This document shows, one piece after another, positions 1-12,160 of a stretch of 64,000 nucleotides of DNA. Below the pieces are notes generated by a model, which made no database searches, was not told where the DNA came from, and saw only the letters and a list, made by a program, of their open reading frames with translations. This DNA is from Camelus dromedarius. Taxonomy: Eukaryota. Positions within the stretch are counted from its first letter, which is position 1. Every line of letters begins with the position of its first letter. The stretch lies in contig NC_087437.1 of assembly GCF_036321535.1 (NCBI RefSeq), positions 35,900,001-35,964,000 of the forward strand, read 5' to 3'. The translations under genes were made by a program, and so were the position numbers.

Positions 1-59
1 AAACATCTATATGTCTTTTGGTTTCATTCATTTGTTTGTTATGTCAGTTATATATTTTT

Positions 60-930
60 GAAAATGGTAAAGAAATAGGATACTGATATCACCAAGGTCT
101 TTGAAAGTCTCTCTGTACATGTTCACAATCAGATCCCACTCTTTTTAATCCAAGGATAATCTGATTTGAATATTGTTATCATCCCTTTGCTTTACTTTAT
201 TGTTTACTACATGTGTATTTATTAGTAAAACACATACTGTTAATTTTGCTAGTTTGGGGACTTTATGTAAGTAACATCATACATATAGTATTCCTTTGAG
301 ACTTACATGATCAATCAACATCATATTTTTGAGATGCAGTTATAATAATGTGTAGGATGTAGTCTATACATTTTTACTGTTACACAGTATTCTATTTATG
401 GGTACACTACTATTCATTCTTCTCCTTTCAAAATACATCTCAGTCGTTTCTAGTTTCTTGTTATTACAAGCACTATTATTGTGGTCATTCTTGTACAGGT
501 CTTTGGTTAACGAACAAGGGTTTCTCTAGGTTATATACTTGATGTGGATTTGCTGGATCGGGGTGTGATCTTATTGAGTTTTACTAGGTAACATGAAATT
601 GTTTTCCAAAGGGACTATATCAAGGTTCTCTTTCATCTGCAATGAATGAGTTTCTGGTGCTCTGGATCCTGGACTAATCTTGTCATTGTCTAACCTTTAG
701 TTTTGCCAGCCTGGTGGGTTTGTAATGATTTCTTACTGTTTTCAATGGCATTGCCATAAATTCTAAAGATACTGATTATTTTATACTTATTGACCATTCA
801 CATTTTCTCTTCTTGGAAAATCCATGTTATTTTATAATTTACCTCTTCTACTGCTTTATTTCCCATAGGTTTGCATGAGTTATTTATTTGCTATACAAAT
901 TGTTTGACATATATGTAGCAAATATATTTT
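60..930 (-). mobile_element. Old LINE-1 (L1ME-like) 3' region, decayed
   Basis: Antisense L1 3' phrases such as 'gtttctctaggttatatacttgatgtggatttgctggatc', 'aaattgttttccaaagg' and 'tttgccagcctggtgggt'. Boundaries approximate. Confidence 0.75.
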
Positions 931-2119
931 TCTTATTTTTGCCCTAATTAGCAGCACTTAAAGGAACAATCACTTTTAAAAAATGCTCATTCTTATATGA
1001 GTGAAGCATTCTTAAATATGCATTAACTTAAAAAAATTTATGTGCATATGAAAATCAGGGTGACTTAGAAAGGAAATAAACGTTCTCTACAGGAAAGTCT
1101 GTATTGATATCTTAGGGCCAGCTTGAAACTGTTAATATGAAAATGTTTTATTTTGATGATATTAAAAAAATTTACTTTTACTATGCTAAATGCTTTATGT
1201 ATCTTACATATTTAAATAATAAACAGTCCCTGCAAATATATATCCAAGAAACTTGTAGCCAGATTTACCCTATGAAAATAGTAATAGATATCCACCTGCT
1301 CCTTAATGCCCCCTTTAAGGGAGAATTTCGGCCGTATCCTGTCTATTTTTCTGATGAAAGCGAATATGGTGGAAGAGTGAGGGAATCTTTGGTTATTGGA
1401 AAAGAAGATCTCCAGGTTTGCACCAATCCCTTTTTGGGTGAATTTAGCTTTTACCTATTTTCATTGCTGTGCAGGATTTTTCTCTACGCCTATCAACTCC
1501 CCACTTCCAACACAGGTATACATACTGAACATTTTTTTCTATTCAAATATAGAACTTTTATTGATTGTAAACCCATTTTTTTCTCTCTTTTTGAGAGAAA
1601 CTTTTATGGTTTTGAGAGGATAGGAGCTGACCATCACTTTATTTTTATTTTGTAACTGAAACTTTTTGTGCAGAGATGAAAATGCTGATTCTTACTGTTT
1701 TGTGCTGAAAAAAAAAAAATAAAGGTACATAGCTGTCAGAGGGCAGTGATTTTCCATCAGCAATAGGCTTGAGGAGATTCAAACTTGTGACCTGAGGGTG
1801 ATAAACTTGAGTTGCCTTCACCCAGTAGCAATCCCAAGTTTATTTCTTTATCATTTGATTGTCTTAAACTGAGTTAGAAACAGTCTATCATTTTTAGGTC
1901 AAAATGTATCTTTCTTTGTAACCTTTAAACCAAGTAAACATATTTTGAAAAATGATCTCCTTTTATAAATGAAACCTTTTATCAGTCAGATTTTAGCATA
2001 TTTAGGGAATGATATTCATCATCATCCCTATAAATTATACATTTGGGAAAAATATTTGCTTTGTGAAAACATGGGAAAATAAATAGCATAAAGATTTAAT
2101 TCTGTGAGTCAGGTATGCA

Positions 2120-2280
2120 ACGTACAGTGCTTTGGTTAGAGCATCACTTCTTGAATAACCTAGACCTTATACAAATTTTGGCTCCCCACATATCACTTTG
2201 ATGATTTTCAGACATTAATTTCTCTGAGCCTTATTCCTAATGGGGTTAATATAGAACATTGTCATTCAGTGTGTTTAATC
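2120..2280 (+). mobile_element. MIR SINE, decayed
   Basis: 'gtgctttggttagagc...tggctcccc...ttctctgagcctt...aatgggg' follows the MIR head and core. Confidence 0.55.
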
Positions 2281-2349
2281 GTTAAACAGACACTGCACAT
2301 GAACCAGAAGCTCTGACAGCAAGAAGACTTCCACATTCGGTATCAGCAG

Positions 2350-2760
2350 AGGGTTATAGTTAATGATTGGACAGTTGAAAAATTAGGAACAACTTAAGTG
2401 TCTCTCAGTAAGGGAATGTATACCTAAAATATCAATTACTTATGCTATGGACTGCTATCTGACAGATAAAATGGAAGACATTATTTTGCATTAACACCAG
2501 AGATGGAAAAATATAATGTTAGATAGAAAAGCAGGTTAATCAGAGTAGACACACAGAAACATGCACACAGCAATTCTGTATGTACTATTTCTGAATACGG
2601 TTATATCTGGGAAAAATATAAATCAGGAATTGGAAAGATACATGTTAAACTCATGGTAGTTTTCTCAGGGATATTAATGAAGAAATAGAACTGGAGTTGA
2701 GTGCAAATGCATCTCAATTTTTTATGTAACTTTTTTTTGCTTAAAAAGTTTGAAACAAAA
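2350..2760 (+). mobile_element. Old L1M 3' end fragment
   Basis: 'gaaaaattaggaacaacttaagtgtctctcagtaagggaatg' and the following purine-rich text resemble an L1ME 3' UTR. Confidence 0.6.
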
Positions 2761-2855
2761 ACATACATATATGTAATACAAATATACATACATACATATA
2801 TACACTAAATCTGTGTGTATATATACATATGTATATACATATGTATATATATATA
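2760..2855. repeat. (TA)n/(CATA)n low-complexity microsatellite
   Basis: Directly visible interrupted TA/CATA repeats. Confidence 0.85.
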
Positions 2856-3199
2856 AAGAAATAAAATCCGTAGGACAAAATAAGAGACTTTGAGGTTAAA
2901 ATCTAAAAATAATCCTTAAGGAAAAGTAATCCTCTCTTCTCTTTTCCTCTCCTTCCCTCATTTCTCTTCTCTTCTTACTGTTTTACATTTTGTATTTCAT
3001 AATTTTCCTTTTCAAAGAGATGGTATGTTATTCTGTTTCCACGCATATATTCTTCTGAGTTTTTACTTTTTAACTTTTGTATAATTTTTTCTCATTTGAA
3101 TTTATCACAATTTATATACACCTCCCCTTAGTAATAAAGTTTCACTCTGTGTACAGTGCTGCACCTGCTAAGCTTGCCCATAGCTCCCGGGGGCCAAGT

Positions 3200-5460
3200 T
3201 AGACGTAGAAGAGCTTGAACAGTTTCTCCATGCTGCTAGAAATGGCTCCAAAGTGGTTGCACCTATCTATTCTCCCACCAGTGGGGTGTGAGAGCTCCTG
3301 TTTCCTCGTGTCCTCACCAACACTAGGTGTTCTCAGTATCTTCATTTGACCACAGTGATGTTGAGAAATTACATATATCTTGTTTTTATTTGCATTTCTT
3401 TAATTAACAGTGTCTGATCCTATATCAGTTTCTTATGTTTATTCACCACTTAGTTTTCTTCTGTAATTTGCACTTTAATGTTCTTTCTCCATTTTTATTT
3501 TGAGTTAATTGTATTTTTCAAATTGGTTTTGAATGTTACTTATAATGCATTTTAGAAATTCATACTTCTTCTGTTACATATTGCAAATACTTTCCATCTG
3601 CCTTCTCTTTTTCAGAACTTTGAGGTTTTTAACATTGTCACACCAATTTTTTAAAATAATTTAATTAGGTGAATAAATTTATTAATATTTTTCTTTAAGA
3701 TTTGTAACTTATTTGCCTTTCTCTCAAAATAATTTTGTACCTTTAGATCATAAATCCATTTTTATACTTAATTCAGAAGTTAAAATTTTGGTTTTTACAT
3801 TTGGCTTATCAATTATTATATATTTGTTGATACATATCTAATATTTTTCCATTAGAAAGTCTATTTTAGTAGTGCAGTAAATTAGTAATTCTTTTGCACT
3901 ATTATGGATGAGTTTGTACTTCAACATCTACCCCTTCACATGTATAATTGTATCTTATTTGAGACTCTATTGGATTCCAGAGATCTGTTTGCTTAACTGA
4001 TATCCCACTCTTAATTACCATATTTTCTATTTAAGTATTGATTTATCAGAGCCAGATCTACTCATTATTCTTCTGTTTCAATTTGGTGACCCTTGGAAAA
4101 TGAATTTAGACTATTTCATGAATTTAGACTCAATCTCCTAGTTCTTCAAAGAATTTATAGATGATTTTAGGGGGCATCAGCATGTTTCTAATATTTAATA
4201 ATACATTACTGTGGTCACATCTCCTTTTATGTTCATTAATAACATACAATTTTCTTAATAAACTTCTTTTAAAAATGTATTACCAAGTACCTTTAAATTA
4301 TTACTGTTCTTTTTGCATAATTTTCTGTTATACTTTTTAATTGTTATTGCTGATGTAATAATAATCAGGAACACCACTGATTTCTATGTAGATCGTCTAT
4401 ACTACAAACTTGTTTAATTGCTTCTAATTGCTTGTGTATGGATTTTTTTTTCCTTTTTGTCTTTAGAGCTTCTATTTATTTTTCTTGGCTAAGAAATACA
4501 GCACATATAAAACAGAGCTGGTGATTGTAGATAACTTTGTCTTGTGTTTAATTGAAAGAGGAGTCTTCTAAAATTTTGTATTTACTATGAAGTTGATATT
4601 TTAGGAAAATATCTTTTATCATGTTAAGAAAATGTCCATCTATTCCTACTTTGATATACATTGCTTTTCAATCAGAAATGGTTGTAGATTTTTAAAATTA
4701 ATTTTAGCATACTTATTATACAGGTTTCTGTCTTAATGTCCTAATTTGGGTAATTACTGCGTTGATAGATTTTATGATGCTGGTGAAACTTTATACATCA
4801 ATGAGATATGATGTATTTAATTGTTTATTTATGGCTTGATGTAATTTGTTAATATTTTACTTAAGATTTCCACAGCTTTATTTATAAACCATTAAGTAGT
4901 CTGTAATTTTGTTTTCCTGTAATGCCTTTGGTGTAAAGGCTTTTCCAGTCTTGAAAAATGAGTTAAGTAGACTTCTCTTTCTTTCTTCTGAAACCATTAG
5001 TATGTGAAAAGGATTTTCACTCTTGGGATGGATTTGTGGTAGTAAAACATGAAACACCTGGTCCCTAGTGTCTTTTTGAAGGGAAATTTTTCAACACAGG
5101 ATTTAATTGCTTTAATAGAAATTGTCTATTCATATTTTCTATTTTTTGTATTAATTTTATATTTTGAACATTAACAGTTTTGGCCAAAACATTCTTTCTT
5201 TTCTGTTTTAAAATGTAAGGGGAGATTTTATTCACTATATTTTGTTTACGTATTTTTTTCATCTATATTTCATTTTCAGCCATATCCCTCATATTTCTGT
5301 TAATATTTTTTGTGTGTCTTATTTCTGTATAGCAAGATGCTTGTCTATTGCAATAATTTTTTAAAAATAACTGCACTAGTGTTTTCTGGTAATCTCTGCT
5401 GTACTTTTGCTTTATGTTTTGTTCATTTTTTAATTGCATTAATCATTCACTTTTGAGGGA
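3200..5460 (-). mobile_element. Old LINE-1 (L1M) ORF2-3' region, heavily decayed
   Basis: 'aaagtggttgcacc...ctcccaccagtggggtgtgagagctcctgtttcctcgtgtcctcaccaacact', 'ttttatcatgttaagaaaatgtccatctattcct' and 'tttaattgctttaatagaaattgtctattcatattttct' are collinear with antisense L1 ORF2. Confidence 0.8.
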
Positions 5461-6329
5461 ACTTTTAATTTTCATCTTAATTATTTTCTTAAAATTTTAT
5501 CTTGACACCTGCAAATAAGTCTTTATGTCTGCTCTTTGACTATTGGTCTTGAAACATACGGTAGAAACACTTTTATCCTAATTGATCAAAACTATTAGTG
5601 GTCAATTAAATTTTTCTTTAAGTGGCCAGCCACAGAAAACAATTCAAACATACCTAAAACATTTTAATTTGAATGAGATTAACATTTAAATGAGATAAAC
5701 TTAATATAAAATAAAATGCTGCCTTCAATCTTTTGAGATAATTTCAAGTCTTTTCCTTGAGTATGGATGTGTTCTTTCTAGCCAACCCATTTTTCTTCAT
5801 AAACCTATCCCACAATGCACTCCTTAACATTGAAGTTTCAGGGTTTTTTAAGTGGGAAAATAATTGAGATACTTTCAAAGGTATCTAAGTGCAAACTACT
5901 TTTATATTTTTATGAATTGTTCCTTTTCCTGATTTTTTTTTAATTACAGTTTTATCATGTATAACATCACAGCTTTTCTTTCCCTTGTGGTAACTCATCT
6001 TTGTTTTTTCTAAAGAATTCAACACAGTTTACACCAAAGATACGGTTTTCTATAAGTATTCATATTTCATTTCATTGCATAGTTAAGAACTACCTTGCAT
6101 AATAATAATGACAAGTTCAGCTGACATAGACAGATTTTGAAACAAACTCACTGACTCTTTGTAATCACGTAGCTGAACTTGTGGCAGAATTGTGCAGATA
6201 GTTTATCTGTATAGAAACTGTGTGTTTGTTATGCTATGGACTTTGCTAGTGTGCTTTATAGTGGAACCAGAGAACGATGGTAGTCAATTTGTATCAAAAC
6301 TCTACAAAAGAGTTGCTTTAACTTGTGCC

Positions 6330-7690
6330 CAATTTTATCCACTTTCATCTCTGACTTTAATTTTACCCTTTCTTTTCAGTCCGTCTCACTTACATACAAG
6401 CATGCTGCTATTTCTTCCATCTTAAAAACAAAACACGATTCTCTTGATCTTGTAATCTACTCAACCGTGCCGATTTTGCCAATATCTTTATATCAGAATT
6501 CCACAAAGAAGTTTTAGTTCTTCTCTCAGTCTGTCTCAAACCAATTCTCAGTAGGCATTTGTCTCCACTACTCTTTCAAAGTTGCTGTTATCCAGGACAC
6601 CAGGGCCCTTAATTTGCTAAACGTGAGAATCTATTCCATTTCATCTTACTTACCAGAAGCATATGACACAGGTGATCACACACATTCCTTTCTGCACTTG
6701 GTATCCAGGATACCACATTCTCCTGATTTCCCTCCTACTGAACTGGCTGTTTCTTTTTATTCACTTTCACTGCATCCCTCTCACTTTCCCAAACTCTTAA
6801 CTTTCAAGGATCACTTGCTACATCTACATTCACTTCTTTGTTGATCTTTTCTGTTTTTTCTTGGCTTGATGGATCATCTGTATGCTGATGATTCCAAAAT
6901 GTTCATATCCAATCTTGACCTCTGTATCATCCCAGATCCATGTAGCTAACAATCTGATCAATATTTCTACTTGGAGATCTAAAATAAATCTTAAATGTAC
7001 TGTGCTAATATCAAACCCCTTATCTTCCCCTCCAAACTTCCTCCTCTGGTCATTCTCTCTATCTCAATAAATATCTGATCTGTCCTTTCAGATCCTCGGG
7101 TCAAAATCCAACCACTTCTCCCTATCTGAGTCCAGGAAGTTCTGAAGCACTGTTAGTCCTCTTTTATATCATAACTTACCTCCTTACAGTTTGTGCCTAA
7201 TAGCTTGGGCAGAATGATCTCTTTTTAAACATAGGATGCCTCTCAAGACTCTCCAATGACTTCCCATGCCAAGCAGAGCAAAATCAAACTCTTATGACCT
7301 TCAAGCACCCCATGATCTGCCATCCTTGTTTCTATAGCCTTGTCTTTGTGATTTCTTTTCTCTCTGTTGATATCTTCACAATTCCTCCAACTAGACATGG
7401 TCCTTGTATAAGATCTTAGCATCAGTTTTTCTTCCAGTCTGGAATATTCCTCCCTATTGCCTTTCAGGTTTTTGTTCAAAAGTCATATTCTCTATGATAT
7501 CTCCTCTGATTTTCCTATTTAAATTGCATATCCCAATCATCTGCATTATTTTTTCATTAACACTTGTTACTAATTCTATTTCTTTCTCTGTCTGTATATT
7601 ATTTACATTTTGTCTCAACTCACATATCAGTTTTGGTTGTGATAGTATCACATATTAGGGACTCAGAATATTTCATAAATAAGTAAATGT
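6330..7690 (+). mobile_element. LINE-2 (L2a-like) RT and 3' region, decayed
   Basis: Pyrimidine-rich L2 text. The RT motif YADD is still encoded at 6881-6892 (tatgctgatgat), and a decayed L2 tail lies near 7655-7690. Confidence 0.85.
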
Positions 7691-7937
7691 TGAAAAAGTA
7701 TAAATTTGTTGGTTTGGTACCGAGTTTTATGTGTAATTAGAAATTTATTTAAATTCAGATAGACGAGAAAAATGCAACTTATGCTAAAGAAGTAATCACT
7801 TCATGTAGAAGTAAAAACTGAAAAACTATAAAATAGCAACTTATTAGAAAACATGTAGAGAAAAGGGCAGTCATGTATTGCTAGTGTGAATGTAGAATAT
7901 TATAGTCTTTATGTAAATCTTATAATATCAGGTAACT

Positions 7938-8153
7938 TTTTTTATTGATGTATAGTTGATTTACAATGTTTCAGGTATATAGCAAAGTGATTCATTTATA
8001 TATATATTCTTTTTAATATTCCTTTTCATTATAGGTTATTACAAAATATTGAATATAGTTCCCATTTGCTACACAGTAGATCTCTGCTGTTTATCTGTTT
8101 TATATACAATAGTATGTATCTGCTAATCCCAGTTCCAATTTATCCCTCCCCCC
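7938..8153 (-). mobile_element. 5'-truncated artiodactyl-type L1 3' end
   Basis: Poly-T followed by 'attgatgtatagttgatttacaatgtttcaggtatatagcaaagtgattc...ataggttattacaaaatattgaatatagttccc'. Confidence 0.85.
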
Positions 8154-10559
8154 AGCTTAAACTCCTCACCCAATACACACTTGCTGGACAGTTAAATCAA
8201 GATACATGTCATACTTTATGTTAAATTAGCAGTAGTAGTTCAGATTTTTAATATAATATGATTTCTAAGTTTTAATCAAGGATATAAATCTTCAAATTAT
8301 AATAATTCTGGCAACTTTTGTTCAGATGTTACACAATTTGATTTCTAGATTTTCTTCAACTCTGACATGTTCTGATTTTCTGACACTTTCCAAGACCCTA
8401 AACAACAGCTAAACTGATTTAAAAATCAGATTTAATATTATGTGGTAGCCTATATAGATATTTAATAGGATTACTGAGAAAAACATTAAGAAATACTACA
8501 GATAACTACTTCAAAGTAACTTTAGATTAAATAGAGAGGAAAATTTCATCAGCATATCCACTTCTAATAAAGACTATAACCAGCGATTCAATATTAATGC
8601 CTTTCAATAAAAATGCCAAATTTCTAAAATAAGTTTTTATTAGCATTTTATTCCTCATTGCTATACCAATGAAAACTAATTTCTATAATCAGATCTTCAG
8701 CTTTATTTTAAACTCATCTTCAGGAATTGATACCTATTTTGGTTTCTGAATCATGAACCTTCCCTTCTCCCTGAGGCTTAATATTTAATAGGTCAGTTCT
8801 TATTAATCTGAAATTCCTAGATATCTAGAATTTCATGAAAGTAGTATTGAAGTTCTGGTATAATATTTCTGAATGTCAAGTGGAATCAACAGAGTTAATG
8901 ATAAAAGATCTGGGTCAGGTAATCAATTTGACAAATGTTTCTCTTGGTTCTTTTAAGACTACAGTGTGATATCGTCTGTGTATTTTTATTTGCCTCTCTA
9001 TTTTTGACAAGTATATTTATCTTTAATTAAAATAGTGTAAAAAATTTCTACTTTTCATACACTAGGTGTAAGCTTCAGTTTAGAAAAAATCTCATTCCAT
9101 ATAAAACTTTCTACATATTTTATGTATAATATATAAGTAGATAGGTATATATTTTTTTATCTCATTCTAGTTTTTAGCCTGTTGGTCTGGAGTTTGAAGG
9201 ATTGTGTTTGATGTTCTGCTTTTCTGAGATTCCTTCTTCAATACCATAAGTTTAAGCAGAGGATTGTTGTTAACTTCTATTTTAAATGCAGTTCAATATC
9301 ATGCAGAGGCTGCTAACACATCACTATATCAGAAAAGTTGCATGAAAAAATATCTTAAAAGTGGCTATGATCCAAGGTTCTTTCATTCATGACTTTACCT
9401 GAGTTTATTCCTTAAGGAAATATATTTTCTATGAACTTTAAGAATGAAACCAGGTTTGATTTTAATGAAAATGATATCACTTTATAGAATGACATTAAAA
9501 CAAATTCAGCAAATTTATCATTTATGCCCTTTGTTTTTCTTATTTCTTATCATTAGCTAGGCATCAGGCCTGAAATGAAATACATTCTCATCAGTCTTTC
9601 ACTGACAGGCTGCTTGTATCAATTGCATGCTGTGCTTGTGTGCAGTAGACCAGTGTGTGTACTTGACACTTTCATCACAAGATACGTCTCCTATTGAAAC
9701 AGTGTCTAGGTGAGTCACAGAAACTATATACTAGAATTACAGCAAGAGCTCTGATTCTGTGAGTTCACTGTAGAGATAATTGAACAAAGCTTTGTTCACC
9801 TTCAAAAAGAAAATTCTATCAACATTTGGGATGGAGGGCAATAAACAACAGCATGAAACTCAGTTTACTTGGCATTCTGATAAGGATGATAAATTAATGC
9901 CCTTTTTTCTTTGGAAGAATTAAAACCAAAGTGATAAGAATCCTATATGTAGCAGCTCTTTTTCTAAACAACTTAAAAGATTTTTAATACTGAGTTCCAG
10001 TAAGCTTTATTTTATTGATGATCTACTATACACCCGAGACTCTGAAAGATTCTGGGATACAAATAAACTCGCCCCTACCTTCAGAGAGCTCATAGTCAGA
10101 CATGGTAGATATTTAAATGGATATTAACAATTAATTGCAATAATTTTTTTTCCTGTTTACTGAGAGTTAACATACTATGTATTCTTATAAGCACAGAGGA
10201 GAGAATGTTACAAGGTGTTAAGAAGTGATCATGGAAGTTCTCATGAAAGATAAGATTAAAGAGACATCTGAAGAAATCTCTGTAAACACTCACAAGTGTG
10301 GTGCCTATACATTCATGAAGTATTTACATCATCCTGTATTTGTGACATCTCTTTCTTCCTCGTCTCCTCCCTCCCTGGTTTTAAGGAGTTGCTCATTCAG
10401 TCTGTGAGTTCCGCCACACTGATCTAAAACTTCTGGGTGTCATGTGCTTCTGGAAAGGTCTCTTGAGCACTGTCATTTAATCCTGTCTTTTTGTTGTTTC
10501 TGTCATTTTAATCCTGAGGTAGAATGTGACCTGTGTACATCTTGTGCAGGAGTTGCTCT

Positions 10560-10719
10560 TTAAATCTTGCAAGAGTTAATTTTCAAATATTTAGAAATTT
10601 AATAAGCCAGTTTTGGGTGAAATTTACTATGGTGGTAGCACGTATGCTGTACACGTTGGCACATGCTAGAAGTCAACCCTACTATCCTTTCCCACAGCTA
10701 GTTTACCAGCATACCACTA
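10560..10719 (+). mobile_element. MER63A-like hAT DNA transposon MITE
   Basis: Ends in 'gtttaccagcataccact' (MER63 end TTTACCAGCACACCACTG); internal 'tatggtggtag' and 'ttggcacatgcta' fit the recalled consensus. Confidence 0.65.
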
Positions 10720-11328
10720 GGTGTATGAAGTGGGTCCAAAATTGGTAGCCTAGGCAGACAATAGTTTGGCATCCATTCAAACCAATATGCTTAATTTTTC
10801 AACATTAATTTAGTGGAGCCTTTGAGTGGTAGAGTGAGAGAGGGAAGAGTAAGTGTTCTTACCAAGATGGAGCGTCTCCGTATACTATGCAGATTAGTAC
10901 CATCCAGACTTTCTTCTTTTGCTAAGAGAGAGAGAGCAATGCTGCTTGCCATTTTGACCCTCTTTAGAGGGCAGTTTAACAAAATCCATGGGATTTAAAG
11001 CAAGGTCTCAAATTATTCCTTCTAATCATGTGGTTTCCCCTCTGAGCCGAGTTCTGACACATGAATTTGTCTCCATATTATTGCATTTCTACTCCTATAC
11101 CAACTGTCAGTGGTATTTTATCCCTTCTATAGAGCTGACCACCAGAAGCTGCCAAGCTGGCCTCCAGTTTATTTGTTAGGAGACGCCTGGTGGTGGTCAT
11201 GTGGCCCGTCTGCTGGAGCTGTGTTGACTGCTGGTGGCCTATTTTAAATGACAAATATTCCAAGATAACCCATAATGTTAGCTGAGACACCTCTTATTTC
11301 ACTTTCTATGCCTCTTCTTCAGCATTTC

Positions 11329-11421
11329 AAGATAAAATACAATACACTATTACGTATTGTTTATCTGAAATTAAATTTTAACTGGGTGTACTGTATTTTA
11401 ATTTTCTAAACCTGGCAACTA
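11329..11421. mobile_element. MER53-like palindromic MITE, internally deleted
   Basis: 'agataaaatac' followed by 'ttgtttatctgaaattaaattttaactgggtgtactgtattttaattttctaaacctggcaact' matches one MER53 arm. Confidence 0.75.
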
Positions 11422-11914
11422 TACGCCTCTCTAAATTTTAGTCTGGCCCCACATAGGGAGCAGAATTTTGGAAAGATTATAAGCTTTTCAGATTTGTAAT
11501 CAAAGAAAATGGAAGTAGGGGGAAGATGATCTTTTTCAATCTGCTGCTTTGCTGTGGAAAGTTGCAGAGGCTTATAGGCTCACCTCTAAAAGTCCTATTT
11601 AAGAATGTGTTTTTGTTATACTTTAAGTATATGGAAAAAGAAAAGTTTAAATTGGAAAACAAACATCTTTCTCAGAAAAAAATGATACATCATAAATTCT
11701 CAAAAACAAATAAAAAACAAAAAGGAAAAATAAGAAAAATAAAAGTGTTTTATTTAGAAGGAAAAGTTCTAGGTCATAATGTGTAATTTTAAGTGAAAAG
11801 TCTATATGCTATACCTTCATGCAATTATTTGATATTCCTATATGTGAGATTTAGAAATTATTCAAAACATCTTCTATCTCAGTGTTTGTAAGGCTTGTTC
11901 CATGGAGCTGGTAC

Positions 11915-12160
11915 TTTGCAGTGGTTAAATTGTAGGCTTCAGGCTCGGTCTAACTCAATGTGAATTCTCTCTCCGTTTCTTCCCCTCTATATGCCTTAGT
12001 GCATATTGCTTAATTTTCTGAGTTACCTCTAAAGTAGGGGTAACCAAAGCGCCATAGTCATAGAGTGGTTGTGGGAAGTTTTTATGAAACACTTAGAATA
12101 ATGCCTGGCATAAGATATGTACTCCCTACACATCAAATCTGATTATTATCATTATTATTT
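11915..12160 (+). mobile_element. MIR SINE
   Basis: 'gcagtggttaa...gcttaattttctgag...catagagtggttgtggg...aaacacttagaataatgcctggcata...attattatcattatt'. Confidence 0.8.

Noticed and set aside
1137..1655. Longest ORF (172 aa)
   Set aside because: F/Y/I/L-rich composition reflects AT-rich DNA; no recognisable domain or promoter context.
11135..11240. Three CCACCAG cores as CTCF sites
   Set aside because: All lack the downstream RKGGCR half of the CTCF motif.
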